The position numbers were made by a program, and so were the translations under genes. Positions 27,207 through 37,970 of a stretch of DNA of 64,000 nt are shown here, in pieces. The DNA is taken from assembly GCA_035765895.1 (NCBI GenBank), contig DASTWL010000014.1, positions 16,804-80,803 of the forward strand, in the 5' to 3' direction. The stretch is from Verrucomicrobiia bacterium (GTDB lineage Bacteria; Verrucomicrobiota; Verrucomicrobiia; Limisphaerales; DSYF01). Positions within the stretch are counted from its first letter, which is position 1. Every line of letters begins with the position of its first letter. A model generated the notes under the pieces. It was not told where the DNA came from and searched no databases. It was given only the letters and a program-made list of their open reading frames with translations.

Positions 27207-27943
27207 GTCAAAATCTCCGGCTCCGCTTCGGTGATCAGAACCGTATGTTCAAAATGGGCCGAGAGTGAACCATCTTGCGTGACGACTGTCCAGCCATCAT
27301 TCAAGATCTTCACCCCGGGCAATCCGGCGTTGACCATTGGCTCAATGGCAATCGTCATTCCCGGACGCAGGCGCTGATTGCTCTTGGGATCCACAAAGTT
27401 TGGCACCTGCGGCTCCTCATGCATCGAGCGCCCCACCCCGTGGCCCACGAATTCCCTCACAACGCTGAAGCCATTCCCTTCCACATAGTTCTGAATGGCG
27501 CGCGAAATGTCGGTGACGCGCCTGCCCACCACCGCCTGCGCAATGCCTTCATGGAGCGCCTTTTCGGTCACATCCATCAACCGCTGCGCCTCGACGCTGC
27601 AACCGCCCACCGCCACCGTCGTCGCCGTGTCCCCGATGAACCCGTTGTGCACCACCCCGACATCGAGGCTGACAATGTCACCGAAGCGCAATTCGCGGTC
27701 GATGGCCAGCCCGTGCACCACCTGGTCATTAACCGAAATGCAAATATGGCACGGATACTTGCGATAGCCTAAAAAGGCGCTCTTTGCACCATATGCGCGA
27801 ATCCGCTCGGCGGCGTAACTGTCCACCTGTTTCAACGTCAGCCCGGGCCGAATGAACGCGGCCACCTCCTCCAACACCGTCCGCGCCACTCCACAAGCGG
27901 GTCGCATCGCCTCCAAATCCCGCTCGCTTTTGAGAATGATCAT
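27167..27943 (-). CDS. map: Type I methionine aminopeptidase
   Basis: GYRKYPCHICISVNDQVVHG, DIVSLDVG, FVGHGVG, MTIAIEPM and SAHFEHTVLIT metal-ligand motifs. The start is set at the ATG at 27943. Confidence 0.95.
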   Translation of the reverse strand: MIILKSERDLEAMRPACGVARTVLEEVAAFIRPGLTLKQVDSYAAERIRAYGAKSAFLGYRKYPCHICISVNDQVVHGLAIDRELRFGDIVSLDVGVVHNGFIGDTATTVAVGGCSVEAQRLMDVTEKALHEGIAQAVVGRRVTDISRAIQNYVEGNGFSVVREFVGHGVGRSMHEEPQVPNFVDPKSNQRLRPGMTIAIEPMVNAGLPGVKILNDGWTVVTQDGSLSAHFEHTVLITEAEPEILTCAHKMPSGLKVS

Positions 27944-27994
27944 CGCTTTTGCCGGCACGCCACGGCTTTCGCCCGGCGGCCTGATCACAGTGGT

Positions 27995-29386
27995 TTAGAA
28001 CCGGCCCTTGAGGCGGCCCTTCTTCAAAAAACCGTCGTAATGACGCATCAACAAATGCGACTCGACCTGACGCATGGTGTCCAGCATCACACCGACAGTG
28101 ATCAGCATGGACGTGCCGCCGAAAAATTGTGCCACCGGATACGGAACGCCCATCATGCGATACAGGAGCATGGGAATCACGGCAATGATGACCAAAAAGA
28201 ACGCGCCGGCGAACGTGATCCGGGTCATGGAAAAGTGCAGGTAATCGCTGGTGGCCTGGCCGGGGCGAACCCCTGGAATATAACCGCCGTTCTTCTTCAG
28301 GTCGTCCGAAATCTGCAATTCATTGAATTGCGTGGCCACCCAGAAATAGGAGAAGAACAGGATCATCAGCGAATAAATGGTCAGATAAAATCCGGAGCCA
28401 TCGCTCAGATGAATCGAAAACCAGTTGAAGAGGTCCTTGAGAAATTTGTTTTGCACCATGCCCCCCACAAACATGAAGAACTTCTGGGGGAACATCAAAA
28501 TCGCCTGAGCGAAGATGATCGGCATCACGCCGGCATAATTGACCTTGAGCGGCATGAACGAGGTTCCGCCGGCGAACACCTTGCGGCCCACGGCCCGTTG
28601 GGCGTATTGCACCGGAATTTTGCGCTGAGCCTGGGTGACCGCCACAACCCCGGCAATCACGGCGGCCAGCAACGCGATGAGAATGCCGGCTTCGCCAACC
28701 TTCAGCTTGTTTTCGCTGCCGGAGCTTCCAAACATGTCCACCAATCCCTGAAACGCCTGTGGCAGGCGGGCCACAATGCCGATGGTGATGATGAGCGAGA
28801 TGCCGTTGCCGATGCCCCGATCGGTGATTTGTTCGCCCAGCCACATGAGCAACATGGTGCCGGTCGTGAGGATCAAAACGGTCTGAATGCGATACCACCA
28901 GATCATGGAATCGCTGTAAAGCACCAGCCGGCCTATGCCTTCGCCAAATATTTTGTTCGGGTTTTCCCAGCCCAGCGCCATCGCCGCGCCCTGGCCAAGG
29001 CAGAGCAGCACGGTCAGGTAGCGCCCGTATTGAATCAGCTTCACACGTCCGCCTTCTTCACGCGCCAGCTTGCTCAACTGGGGCACGACGGCGGTCATCA
29101 GCTGAATGATGATGGTGGCGCTGATGTAGGGCATGATGCCCAGCGCGCCGATGGCGCAGTGCTCCAGCGCTCCACCGGTGAACATGCTATACATGCCCAG
29201 CACCGAGGAACTGGCATGCGCGTTCTGGGCAAAAAAATTGGCGAGCGCCGTGCCATCCAGCCCGGGAATGCGGACGACCGCCGCGATGCGGCAGATCGCC
29301 AGAACCACCATTGTGAAGATGATCCGGGATTTTAGTTCCGGAATCTTGAAGCAATTGCTGAAGGTGTTGGCGATGTTGGCAAACAT
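27995..29386 (-). CDS. secY: Preprotein translocase subunit SecY
   Basis: 463-aa polytopic membrane protein with GIMPYISATIIIQL, ITDRGIGNGISLII and GGYIPGVRPG. Confidence 0.97.
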   Translation of the reverse strand: MFANIANTFSNCFKIPELKSRIIFTMVVLAICRIAAVVRIPGLDGTALANFFAQNAHASSSVLGMYSMFTGGALEHCAIGALGIMPYISATIIIQLMTAVVPQLSKLAREEGGRVKLIQYGRYLTVLLCLGQGAAMALGWENPNKIFGEGIGRLVLYSDSMIWWYRIQTVLILTTGTMLLMWLGEQITDRGIGNGISLIITIGIVARLPQAFQGLVDMFGSSGSENKLKVGEAGILIALLAAVIAGVVAVTQAQRKIPVQYAQRAVGRKVFAGGTSFMPLKVNYAGVMPIIFAQAILMFPQKFFMFVGGMVQNKFLKDLFNWFSIHLSDGSGFYLTIYSLMILFFSYFWVATQFNELQISDDLKKNGGYIPGVRPGQATSDYLHFSMTRITFAGAFFLVIIAVIPMLLYRMMGVPYPVAQFFGGTSMLITVGVMLDTMRQVESHLLMRHYDGFLKKGRLKGRF

Positions 29387-29403
29387 TGAGAGGCTCCCCG
29401 AAC

Positions 29404-29877
29404 TTAACCCTTGGCGGTCTCAGACTGCTTGCCGGCAACCACTTCGCACGTCCCGCCCCTGGCCTCAATCTTGGCCCGGGCGGAAGCGCTGAAGGCGCTC
29501 GCACAAACCGTGAGTTTTTTGGTCAACTCACCGTCGCCCAGAATCTTGATGCCGGCGGCCTTGCCGCTCGCCAGCCCGCTGGCGCGCAACGCGGCTTCAT
29601 CCACCCGCGTGCCGTCGGCAAAGTCATTCAACGAACTGACATTCACCGGCAGATAAACGGTGGCGAAGCGGGTGTTGTTGAAACCGCGCTTCGGAATGCG
29701 GCGGATCAAAGGCATCTGACCACCTTCGAAACCGATGCGGATGGAGCTGCCTGAGCGGGCGGTCTGGCCTTTGCCACCGCGGCCGGACGTTTTGCCGTGA
29801 CCGCTGGATTCACCCTGCCCCAAACGCTTCCGGCGGTGCTTGGCACCCGGACGAGGTTTTAAATCGTGAAGTCGCAT
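29404..29877 (-). CDS. rplO: 50S ribosomal protein L15
   Basis: MRLHDLKPRPGAKHRRKRLGQGESSGHGKTSGRGGKGQ. Confidence 0.96.
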   Translation of the reverse strand: MRLHDLKPRPGAKHRRKRLGQGESSGHGKTSGRGGKGQTARSGSSIRIGFEGGQMPLIRRIPKRGFNNTRFATVYLPVNVSSLNDFADGTRVDEAALRASGLASGKAAGIKILGDGELTKKLTVCASAFSASARAKIEARGGTCEVVAGKQSETAKG

Positions 29878-29883
29878 ATCCTG

Positions 29884-30525
29884 TTAAGCTGTCGCCGTCG
29901 CCGTGGCCGGCTCGGCCTTTTTCATTTCGATGCCGCGCGCCTTGTAAATGTTCTCGCGCAGGCGGAGGCTCAGCAAGGCGTTCAGCGTCGCCTTGACCAC
30001 ATTGGCGGAATTCTTGGAACCGAGAGACTTGCTGAGAATGTCCTTCACCCCCGCCGATTCCAGCACGGCGCGCACCGTCTTGCCGGCGATGATGCCTGTG
30101 CCGGGTGACGCCGGGCGCAGCAAAACCCTTGCGCCATCAAAGTGCGAATAAACCTCGTGCGGAATGGTCGGGCCGTTCAGCGCCACGCCCACCATGTTGT
30201 TGCGGGCCATTTCGCCGCCGCGCCGGATGGCGTCGGCCACTTCACTGGCCTTGCCCAGGCCCACGCCGACGCGTCCCTTCTTGTCGCCCACGACAACGAG
30301 GGCGCTGAAATTGAACCGGCGTCCGCCCTTGACCACCTTGGCCGAGCGGTTGATGAACACGACCTTCTCCACGAGTTCGTCGCCCGTCTGGCCAAACTCG
30401 CGCGACTGGTCGGACGACCTCGGCCGGCGGCCCCGGGGCCCACGTGCGGGACGTGAATCGGCGGGCTGCTCGGGCGCGGGCGCGGGCGCGGGCGTCGCGT
30501 TGTCTGCAACAATTTCTTCTTTCAT
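29884..30525 (-). CDS. rpsE: 30S ribosomal protein S5 (Pro/Arg-rich N-terminal extension)
   Basis: [36 protein letters not shown]. There is no rpmD (L30) between it and rplO (6-nt gap). Confidence 0.96.
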   Translation of the reverse strand: MKEEIVADNATPAPAPAPEQPADSRPARGPRGRRPRSSDQSREFGQTGDELVEKVVFINRSAKVVKGGRRFNFSALVVVGDKKGRVGVGLGKASEVADAIRRGGEMARNNMVGVALNGPTIPHEVYSHFDGARVLLRPASPGTGIIAGKTVRAVLESAGVKDILSKSLGSKNSANVVKATLNALLSLRLRENIYKARGIEMKKAEPATATATA

Positions 30526-30530
30526 GGAAA

Positions 30531-30896
30531 CTAGAACTTTAGACCTGCTTCGCGCGCGGCGTCCGCCAGCGCCTTGACCTTGCCGTGATACGGATTGCCG
30601 CCACGGTCAAAAACCACCCGGGTGATGCCCTTTCCCATCGCGGCCTGGGCCGCTTGCTTGCCGATTTCAACGGCACTCTTCACGTTGGCCGAGAGCTTTT
30701 CACCGGCAGCCCGCCCTTTCGAACGGGTCGATACCGTCGCCAAGGTGGCGCCCTTCGTATCGTCAATGAACTGCACGTAGATGTGGGTGTTGGTAAAACA
30801 CGCACTCATGCGCGGACGTTCGGTCGTCCCATTGACCTTGGTGCGGATGCGCCAGTGGCGCCGCCGCTTCAAATCGTGTTTCTTTTGAACTTTCAT
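30531..30896 (-). CDS. rplR: 50S ribosomal protein L18
   Basis: [63 protein letters not shown]. Confidence 0.96.
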   Translation of the reverse strand: MKVQKKHDLKRRRHWRIRTKVNGTTERPRMSACFTNTHIYVQFIDDTKGATLATVSTRSKGRAAGEKLSANVKSAVEIGKQAAQAAMGKGITRVVFDRGGNPYHGKVKALADAAREAGLKF

Positions 30897-30938
30897 GTGG
30901 ACTGGACCACGGAGCTGGCCGTGACCGTTGATTCACTG

Positions 30939-31475
30939 TTACTGAACCGTCTTGCCTTCCTTGCGCTCGACGCGTTCGTTGGCGTAACGGACGCCCTTGC
31001 CCTTGTAGGGCTCCGGCGGATAGAAACCGCGTAATTCCGCGGCCACCTGACCGACAACCTGCCGGTCCGGCCCTTCAATCGTGATCTTGGTGTTTTCTTC
31101 CACGGTCACCTTGACCTGATCCGGAATCGGATAATTGATGGGGTGCGAATAACCGAGATTCATGGTGACCGTCTTGCCTTGGACGGCGGCCTTGAAACCG
31201 ACGCCTTGAATCTCGAGCTTCTTCATGAAGCCGTCGCTCACGCCCTTGACCATGTTGTTGATCAGTGCCCGGCCCAGACCGTGCATGGCCCTGGCCTGTG
31301 AGTCATCACCTTCGCGGGCGACCTCGACCTTGCCATCGGCCACTTTTGCGGTGGTGCGAGGCGGCAGGTCCATGTTGAGCTTGCCCTTGGGGCCCTCAAC
31401 CAGAACCTTGCGGCCTTTGATCTCAATCTTGACCTTCGGCGGAAGGGCAATGGGTTGTTTACCGATACGCGACAT
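30939..31475 (-). CDS. rplF: 50S ribosomal protein L6
   Basis: MSRIGKQPIALPPKVKIEIKGRKVLVEGPKGKL..GYSHPINY. Confidence 0.96.
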   Translation of the reverse strand: MSRIGKQPIALPPKVKIEIKGRKVLVEGPKGKLNMDLPPRTTAKVADGKVEVAREGDDSQARAMHGLGRALINNMVKGVSDGFMKKLEIQGVGFKAAVQGKTVTMNLGYSHPINYPIPDQVKVTVEENTKITIEGPDRQVVGQVAAELRGFYPPEPYKGKGVRYANERVERKEGKTVQ

Positions 31476-31486
31476 AACTCAAATCC

Positions 31487-31879
31487 TTACCAGACGAAGC
31501 AGAGCAGTTCTCCGCCCAAATTCTTCTTGCGGGCCTCCGTCCCGCTCATCACCCCTTCGGAGGTGGACAGAATCGCCACACCCAAGCCGCCGCGCACGCG
31601 CGGAATGTCCTGGGCGCCGACATAAACCCGGCGGCCGGGCGAGCTCACGCGCCGCAGGCCTTCCATGACGGTCTTCTTGCCCTGATACTTGAGCTGGACC
31701 TTGATCTTCTTCTGAATCTTGTCGGCGTTTTCCACCTCCACGGTGGAAACGTAACCCTCCTGCTTGAGGACTTTGGCAATGCTCTCCTTCATCTTGGAGT
31801 GCGGCATCTCCACAGCCGGCTGCAATGCGCGGCCCGCGTTGCGGATCCGCGTCAGCATGTCAGAAATCGAATCGTTCAT
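31487..31879 (-). CDS. rpsH: 30S ribosomal protein S8
   Basis: DSISDMLTRIRNA..LKQEGYV..GLGVAILSTSEGVM. Confidence 0.96.
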   Translation of the reverse strand: MNDSISDMLTRIRNAGRALQPAVEMPHSKMKESIAKVLKQEGYVSTVEVENADKIQKKIKVQLKYQGKKTVMEGLRRVSSPGRRVYVGAQDIPRVRGGLGVAILSTSEGVMSGTEARKKNLGGELLCFVW

Positions 31880-31883
31880 AATC

Positions 31884-32153
31884 TTACCAGCTTGCTTTGG
31901 TCACTCCCGGAATCAACCCGTTCAGGGCGGCCTCACGGAACGTCAGACGGGACACCCCGAACTTGCGGATGTAGCCGTGACGACGCCCGCTGATCGCACA
32001 GCGATTGACCAGCCGCGTGGGGCTGGCATCGCGCGGCAGCTTCGCCAGACCGGCGTAATCGTGCTTGGCCTTCAGCTCGGCCCGCAGGGCGGCGTATTTC
32101 TTCACCGTCGCGGCCTTGCGCTTGTTGCGCTCAATCCATGATTTCTTGGCCAT
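31884..32153 (-). CDS. rpsN: 30S ribosomal protein S14 (long, non-zinc form)
   Basis: [53 protein letters not shown]. Confidence 0.96.
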   Translation of the reverse strand: MAKKSWIERNKRKAATVKKYAALRAELKAKHDYAGLAKLPRDASPTRLVNRCAISGRRHGYIRKFGVSRLTFREAALNGLIPGVTKASW

Positions 32154-32168
32154 ATAAAATTCGTGCGG

Positions 32169-32711
32169 TTACTTTTCGGCAAACGGGAATCCCATCAACT
32201 TCAACAACTCGAGCGCCTCTGCGTCCGTGGGGGCGCTGGTCACGATGGTGATGTCCATGCCCTGATTGCGCTTCACCTTGTCCAGTTCGATCTCCGGAAA
32301 GATCGTCTGGTCCGGCACGCCGAACGTGTAGTTGCCGCGGCCATCAAATTTGCGCGGCGAAAGGCCACGGAAGTCACGAATCCGGGGAAGCGTCGCCGCC
32401 ACCAGCCGGTCAAAGAACTCATACATCGCGTCCTTGCGGAGCGTCACGCGGCAGCCGATGGGCATGCCCTTGCGGAGCTTGAAGTTGGCAATGCTGTGGC
32501 GCGATTTGCTGATCGCCGGCTTGCGACCGGTGATGGCCGCCAGATCCTTGGCCGCGTCGTCCAAAGCGGCTTTTTCCAAATCCGAACGAATCCCCATGTT
32601 CACGACGATCTTTTCGATGCGCGGAATCTGATGGACGTTCGCATATTTCCGGCGCTCCTTGAGCGCGGGAATCACTTCACTGACGTATTTTTGATGGAGT
32701 CGGGCTTTCAT
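32169..32711 (-). CDS. rplE: 50S ribosomal protein L5
   Basis: IPRIEKIVVNMG..ITGRKPAISKSRHSIANFKLRKGMPIGCRVTLR. Confidence 0.96.
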   Translation of the reverse strand: MKARLHQKYVSEVIPALKERRKYANVHQIPRIEKIVVNMGIRSDLEKAALDDAAKDLAAITGRKPAISKSRHSIANFKLRKGMPIGCRVTLRKDAMYEFFDRLVAATLPRIRDFRGLSPRKFDGRGNYTFGVPDQTIFPEIELDKVKRNQGMDITIVTSAPTDAEALELLKLMGFPFAEK

Positions 32712-32741
32712 TTCGCTTTGGTCCGGTTATGGCCGGAGCGT

Positions 32742-33023
32742 TCAGGCGGTCGCCTGGGCGCCGCGCTTCTGGGCGCGGGCGTCAAATTTCTCCGCCAGCA
32801 TCACATTCGAAATGTGAATCGTCCCCTCGCGCTCGACGATGGCGCCGTTGGGGTTTTGCTGGCTCTTGCGCTGGTGCTTCTTGATCATGTGGGCGCCTTC
32901 CACGATCACGCGCTGCTGCTTGGGATAGACGGCAATGATCTTGCCGCGCTTGCCCTTGTCGGCGCCACTGATGACCACGACCTCACTGCCCTTTTTCACG
33001 TGCTGTTTCGACATATCAGACAA
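32742..33023 (-). CDS. rplX: 50S ribosomal protein L24
   Basis: [35 protein letters not shown]. It overlaps the rplN stop by 8 nt. Confidence 0.95.
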   Translation of the reverse strand: MSDMSKQHVKKGSEVVVISGADKGKRGKIIAVYPKQQRVIVEGAHMIKKHQRKSQQNPNGAIVEREGTIHISNVMLAEKFDARAQKRGAQATA

Positions 33024-33381
33024 CCTCCGGCGCGAGTGAAATGATCTTCATGAACTTCTTGTCGCGCAGCTCGCGGGCCACGGGACCAAAGATGCGGGTG
33101 CCCTTCGGATTCAGCTCCTTGTCAATGATGACGCAGGCGTTCGAGTCAAACCGCAGGCAGGAGCCATCGTCACGACGGATCGCCTCCCGGGTGCGCACGA
33201 CCACGGCGTCGTGCACCTCGCCCTTTTTGACCTGGCCGTCCGGCGCAGCTTCCTTGATGTGCACCTTGATGACATCGCCAACCCGGGCGTAGCGCTGGTT
33301 GCGGCCCAGCACGCCGATCGCCCAGGCGACCTTGGCGCCCGTATTGTCGGCCACATCGAGATGAGAGCGGACTTGTAACAT
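33016..33381 (-). CDS. rplN: 50S ribosomal protein L14
   Basis: [43 protein letters not shown]. Confidence 0.97.
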   Translation of the reverse strand: MLQVRSHLDVADNTGAKVAWAIGVLGRNQRYARVGDVIKVHIKEAAPDGQVKKGEVHDAVVVRTREAIRRDDGSCLRFDSNACVIIDKELNPKGTRIFGPVARELRDKKFMKIISLAPEVV

Positions 33382-33391
33382 GGCTTCTTTC

Positions 33392-33700
33392 TTAGGCGGC
33401 CGGATTCACTTCCGGGGCGCGTTCCACAACTTCCACCAGCCGCCAGCGCTTCAGCTTGGAGAGCGGGCGGGTTTCCACGATGCGCACCCGGTCGCCAATG
33501 CGGGCTTCCTGTTTTTCGTCGTGCGCGTAAAACTTGTTGTAGGTGCTGATGACCTTTTTGAACTGCGGGTGCGGATGACGCCGCAGAACCTGCACCACAA
33601 TGGTGCGGGTCATTTTGTTCGAGACCACCTCGCCCACGCGTTCCTTGCGCTTGCCGCGCGGTTCGCCGGTTGTCGCTGCTGTCGTGTTCGTATCGGCCAT
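33392..33700 (-). CDS. rpsQ: 30S ribosomal protein S17
   Basis: [47 protein letters not shown]. Confidence 0.96.
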   Translation of the reverse strand: MADTNTTAATTGEPRGKRKERVGEVVSNKMTRTIVVQVLRRHPHPQFKKVISTYNKFYAHDEKQEARIGDRVRIVETRPLSKLKRWRLVEVVERAPEVNPAA

Positions 33701-33703
33701 ACC

Positions 33704-33913
33704 TTAAGCTGCCTTCTTGGTTTGCTCGTTGCGGAGTTGCGACATGCGGGTTTCCACGCGCGCAATGTCACGGCGCAACTGACGCAGGCGCGCCGGCTTT
33801 TCCAGCTGGGCGCTCGCCTGCTGCAGGCGCAGGTTGAACAGTTCCTGACGCAAATCCCGGCCTTTGGCCGCGAGTTCCGTCAGCGTCGAATCTTTAATCT
33901 CCGAAAATTTCAT
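33704..33913 (-). CDS. rpmC: 50S ribosomal protein L29
   Basis: LRQELFNLRLQQASAQLEKPARLRQLRRDIARV. Confidence 0.95.
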   Translation of the reverse strand: MKFSEIKDSTLTELAAKGRDLRQELFNLRLQQASAQLEKPARLRQLRRDIARVETRMSQLRNEQTKKAA

Positions 33914-33925
33914 GTCAGTAGCGCG

Positions 33926-34345
33926 TTATGAATGCTGGTGACGCGAAACGAATTTGGTTGCGATCGGCAGCTTGGTCGCCGCCAGACGCATCGCTTCGCG
34001 GGCAATGACTTCCGGCACCCCGTCCACTTCAAACAAAATGTTCGCGGGACGCACCACGGCCACCCAGGACTCCAACGGACCCTTGCCGGTGCCCATACGA
34101 ACTTCCAGCGGCTTCTTGGTGAAGGACTTTTGCGGAAACACGCGAATCCACATCTTGCCATGCCGCTTCATATGGCGGGCAATGGCCACACGGCAGGCTT
34201 CCAGCTGCTTGGTGTCGATCCACGCGCGCTCGAGCGCCATCAAACCGTATTCGCCGAATGCCACGGTATTCCCGCTCGTGGCCAGGCCGGTGCGGCTGCC
34301 ACGCTGCATTTTGCGATACTTAACTCTCTCGGGCATCAATGCCAT
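33926..34345 (-). CDS. rplP: 50S ribosomal protein L16
   Basis: [37 protein letters not shown]. Confidence 0.97.
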   Translation of the reverse strand: MALMPERVKYRKMQRGSRTGLATSGNTVAFGEYGLMALERAWIDTKQLEACRVAIARHMKRHGKMWIRVFPQKSFTKKPLEVRMGTGKGPLESWVAVVRPANILFEVDGVPEVIAREAMRLAATKLPIATKFVSRHQHS

Positions 34346-34362
34346 ATCACATCTCTCCTCGG

Positions 34363-35031
34363 TTAGGCCGCAGCCGTTTCGGTTTTAGCAGTCTCCGCCT
34401 TCACCGGCTTGCGGTCGCCTTTGCAAATCCAGCACTTGACCCCCAGCTTGCCGTAAACCGTCTTCGCCTCGGCAAAGCCGTAATCAATTTCCGCGCGCAA
34501 CGTATGGAGCGGCACGCGGCCCCAATGGTAGGATTCAACGCGAGCCAGTTCCGCGCCGCCCAACCGGCCGGCACAACGAACCTTGATGCCCTGCGCCCCC
34601 AAATCCTTGGCCACCTGCAGCGCCTTCTTCATGGCCCGGCGGAAAGAGACGCGACGCTCCAACTGAAGCGCGATGTTTTCGGCCACCAACTGGGCGTCGA
34701 GATCGGGGCTCTTGATCTCCACGATGTCCACGTAAATTTCCTTGCCCGTCATTTTGCTCAATTCTTCCTTGAGCTTGTCAATTTCAGCCCCTTTGCGGCC
34801 GATGACGACGCCAGGGCGGGCGGTTTGAATGGTCACGCGGCAGCGGCTGGCGGCGCGTTCGATCAGAATGCGCGGCACGGCGGCGCCTTCGAGCTTCTTC
34901 TTGAGGAAGCTGCGGATGCGGTTGTCTTCGACAACCAGCGCGGAGAAGTCCTTCTTGTTGGCATACCACTTGGAACGCCAGTCTTTGGTGACGGCAACGC
35001 GGAGGCCGATTGGATTTGTCTTTTGACCCAT
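34363..35031 (-). CDS. rpsC: 30S ribosomal protein S3
   Basis: [55 protein letters not shown]. Confidence 0.97.
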   Translation of the reverse strand: MGQKTNPIGLRVAVTKDWRSKWYANKKDFSALVVEDNRIRSFLKKKLEGAAVPRILIERAASRCRVTIQTARPGVVIGRKGAEIDKLKEELSKMTGKEIYVDIVEIKSPDLDAQLVAENIALQLERRVSFRRAMKKALQVAKDLGAQGIKVRCAGRLGGAELARVESYHWGRVPLHTLRAEIDYGFAEAKTVYGKLGVKCWICKGDRKPVKAETAKTETAAA

Positions 35032-35035
35032 ACGC

Positions 35036-35368
35036 TTACTCGTCTGTCAGAATGATCTTAACATGGCAGTGACGCTTCAGAATCGGACCCGCGGACCCGC
35101 GAGCCTTGGGCTGAAACCGTTTGTAGGTGGACGCCGTGCCGGCTGTGGCCACCTTGATGCGGAGCACCTCAGGCTTGAGGCTGTTGTTGTTTTCCGCATT
35201 GGCGATGGCGCTCTTCAGCGTCTTGGCCACAATGCCGGCGCGTTTGCCGGGCATGAAGGAAAGCACCGCGGCGGCCTGCAGCGCCGGCAGCCCCTGGATT
35301 TGCCGCACCACCTCGCGCATCTTCTGCGCGCTGGTGTTGACGTTCTTGGTAATGGCTTGGACTTCCAT
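35036..35368 (-). CDS. rplV: 50S ribosomal protein L22
   Basis: [49 protein letters not shown]. Confidence 0.96.
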   Translation of the reverse strand: MEVQAITKNVNTSAQKMREVVRQIQGLPALQAAAVLSFMPGKRAGIVAKTLKSAIANAENNNSLKPEVLRIKVATAGTASTYKRFQPKARGSAGPILKRHCHVKIILTDE

Positions 35369-35369
35369 G

Positions 35370-35651
35370 CTACTTGGCCTCCGCCTTCGCCGTGTGAGCG
35401 CCGTGTTTCTTGAACGTGCGGGTCAGCGAGAATTCGCCCAGCCGGTGGCCCACCATGTTTTCCGTGACAAACACCGGGTTGAACACCTTGCCGTTGTGCA
35501 CATTGAACGTCAGCCCCACGAACTCGGGGGTGATCATCGAGCGCCGCGACCACGTCTTGATGGGCGCCTTGGACTTCGTCTCCTTCGCCTTGACGATTTT
35601 ATCCATCAAGTGCCCGTCAACAAAGGGACCTTTTTTAATCGAACGACCCAT
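35370..35651 (-). CDS. rpsS: 30S ribosomal protein S19
   Basis: [51 protein letters not shown]. Confidence 0.97.
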   Translation of the reverse strand: MGRSIKKGPFVDGHLMDKIVKAKETKSKAPIKTWSRRSMITPEFVGLTFNVHNGKVFNPVFVTENMVGHRLGEFSLTRTFKKHGAHTAKAEAK

Positions 35652-35654
35652 AGT

Positions 35655-36509
35655 TTACTTGAGTTTCATCGGCCGGCCGTCACGACGGACCAGAATGAAC
35701 CGATTGGAAATTTTCTTCTTGTTCCGGGTGCGATAACCCTTGGCCAGCAAACCCCACGGGGAGGTCAATTGCTGCCAGCCGCCACCGGATTTTGATTTGC
35801 CTGCACCACCACCATTCGGGTGATCGACCGGGTTCCGCGCCACACCGCGCGTGATGCCACGGTAACCGAGATGACGCGCGCGCCCCGCCTTGCCGAGGAC
35901 GACGTTTTCATGCTCGGTATTGCCCACCTGCCCGATCGTTGCGTAGCACTCTTCGTGAATACGACGGATTTCGCCGGAAGGCAGGCGCACTTGGGCGTAA
36001 CCACTGTCGCGCGACATCAAGGTCGCCGCCCCGCCGGCCGAGCGGACCATTTGGGCACCCTTGCCCGGGACGAGTTCAAGATTGTGAATCGCGACACCCA
36101 CCGGGATCGCCTTGAGCGGGAGCGCGTTGCCCACTTCCGGGGCCGCCGCCGGACCACTCATGACTTTCTGCCCCACTTGGATGCCAACGGGCGCCAACAT
36201 GTAGGCCTTTTCCCCATCCTTGTATTCCAAAAGGGCCAGCCGGGCGGAACGCGTCGGATCGTATTCAATCGCGGACACCGTGGCTTCCACACCGTGCTTC
36301 TTCCGTTTGAAATCCACGATGCGGAGCTTTTGCTTGTGACCGCCACCAATACCACGGGCAGTCACACGGCCATAGCAGTTGCGTCCGCCGGTCTTCTTGC
36401 GGATCACAACCAAGCTCTTCTCCGGAGTCGTCTTGGTAATATCGCTGAAGTCCGCGACAGTCTTGTATCGCAGCGACGGCGTCAGCGGTCTAAAAGTTTT
36501 AACTGGCAT
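35655..36509 (-). CDS. rplB: 50S ribosomal protein L2
   Basis: MPVKTFRPLTPSLR..GRNCYGRVTARGIGGGHKQ..RGVARNPVDHPNGGG. Confidence 0.97.
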   Translation of the reverse strand: MPVKTFRPLTPSLRYKTVADFSDITKTTPEKSLVVIRKKTGGRNCYGRVTARGIGGGHKQKLRIVDFKRKKHGVEATVSAIEYDPTRSARLALLEYKDGEKAYMLAPVGIQVGQKVMSGPAAAPEVGNALPLKAIPVGVAIHNLELVPGKGAQMVRSAGGAATLMSRDSGYAQVRLPSGEIRRIHEECYATIGQVGNTEHENVVLGKAGRARHLGYRGITRGVARNPVDHPNGGGAGKSKSGGGWQQLTSPWGLLAKGYRTRNKKKISNRFILVRRDGRPMKLK

Positions 36510-36637
36510 AAGTCGTCAACAAAACCCAAGTCAGCTTGGAGCTAGCGGAGCCATCATTCCTGCGCCGGTGAGGCGATCAGTTATCGGTTCCGATGTAATG
36601 CTGTCCGGTTTGGCCTTTTGGGCGAAACGGAGCGCAG

Positions 36638-36665
36638 ACAATATCAATCTGCTTTTTGATGGCAA
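36638..36665 (-). promoter_or_regulatory. Candidate sigma70-like promoter for an rplB-led transcription unit
   Basis: The minus strand has TTGCCA (36660-36665), a 16-nt spacer and TATTGT (36638-36643), in the only AT-rich patch of the 243-nt lysC-rplB spacer. This is a consensus match only and is weak. Confidence 0.25.
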
Positions 36666-36752
36666 GTGGTTTTTTACAGATTTTTGGTTGGGCGCGGAAA
36701 CCGTTCAAATCCCAGCTCTGCCACACACCGGCCGGCCCGCGCAACCGGAAGG

Positions 36753-37970
36753 TCAGCCAATAAAAGCCGTGTGCACTGCGCGCATGGCCTGTTCGCCCTT
36801 CGCAAGATCAATCACCACCGAGATCTTGATTTCACTGGTGGAAATCATGTCGATGTTGACGCCTTCCTGCGCCAACACGTCGAACATCTTGCCCGCCACG
36901 CCCGTGTGGCTCTTCATGCCCACGCCCACAATGGACAGCTTGCCGATGCTTTCGTTGGCCATCACTTCGCGGATGCTGAGCTCAGCCTTCAACGCGTCGA
37001 TGACTTTTTTCGCCTTGAGCAGGTCAGGCTTGTCCATGGTGAAGGAAATGTCGGTGGACGGGCTGCCCGTGCCGTGGCTGATGTTTTGCACGATCATGTC
37101 CACGTTCACCGTCGCGTCGCCGAGCGCCTTGAACACGCGCGCCGCCATGCCCGGCTTGTCGGGAATGCCGATGAGCGTGACCTTGGCCTGGTTCTTGTCG
37201 AGCGAGACGCCGCGCACAACGACGCCTTCCATGGATTTCGTTTCTTCTTTCACAATCGTTCCGGGGTTTTCGTTCAAGCTGGAGCGCACTTCAAAGACGA
37301 CGCCAAATTTCTTGGCGAACTCGACCGAGCGGGATTGCATCACCTTGGCCCCCAGGCTCGCGAGCTCGAGCATTTCGTCGTAGGACACTTCGGGCAATTT
37401 TTTCGCCGTGGGCACGATGCGCGGATCGGCCGTGTAAACGCCGTCCACGTCCGTGTAAATCTGGCAGAGATCGGCCTTGAGCGCCGCGGCGAGCGCAATC
37501 GCCGAAAGGTCGGAACCACCGCGGCCCAACGTGGTGATCTGACCTTCGGGCGTCTGCCCCTGGAAGCCAGCCACAATGACCACGCTGCCGGCCTGCAAGT
37601 GCTCGTGAATTCTTTGCGGGGTGATGTTGTGAATCTTGGCCTTGGTGTGCACCCCGTCCGTAACGATGCCCGCTTGGGCGCCGGTGAGCGAAACCGCCTT
37701 GACGCCCAAGGCATGCAACGCGATGGCGGTCAGCGCGATGGTGGTCTGTTCCCCGGTCGCGAGCAGCACGTCCATCTCGCGTTCCGCGGGCAGCGGCATG
37801 ATTTCCTTGGCCAGCTTGATGAGGTTGTCGGTCACTCCGCTCATCGCGGAAACGACCACCACCACCTGGTCGCCTTTGGCGTGGTATTTGGCCACCCGGG
37901 CCGCGACATTTTTAATGCGGTCGGGGTTGCCCACCGAGGTGCCACCGTATTTCTGAACAATCAGTGCCAT
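36753..37970 (-). CDS. lysC: Aspartate kinase
   Basis: MALIVQKYGGTSVG start at the ATG at 37970. GRGGSDLSAIALAAAL. C-terminal ACT domains. Confidence 0.95.
   Translation of the reverse strand: MALIVQKYGGTSVGNPDRIKNVAARVAKYHAKGDQVVVVVSAMSGVTDNLIKLAKEIMPLPAEREMDVLLATGEQTTIALTAIALHALGVKAVSLTGAQAGIVTDGVHTKAKIHNITPQRIHEHLQAGSVVIVAGFQGQTPEGQITTLGRGGSDLSAIALAAALKADLCQIYTDVDGVYTADPRIVPTAKKLPEVSYDEMLELASLGAKVMQSRSVEFAKKFGVVFEVRSSLNENPGTIVKEETKSMEGVVVRGVSLDKNQAKVTLIGIPDKPGMAARVFKALGDATVNVDMIVQNISHGTGSPSTDISFTMDKPDLLKAKKVIDALKAELSIREVMANESIGKLSIVGVGMKSHTGVAGKMFDVLAQEGVNIDMISTSEIKISVVIDLAKGEQAMRAVHTAFIG

Noticed and set aside
36661-36724. tRNA-like T-loop motif GTTCAAATCC followed by CAGCTCTGCCA on the plus strand of the lysC-rplB spacer
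   Set aside because: The 5' T-stem partner (CTGGG) is missing. The candidate acceptor 5' strand GGCAAGT pairs poorly. The whole candidate is only about 63 nt, so no cloverleaf can be drawn. It may be a decayed remnant or chance.
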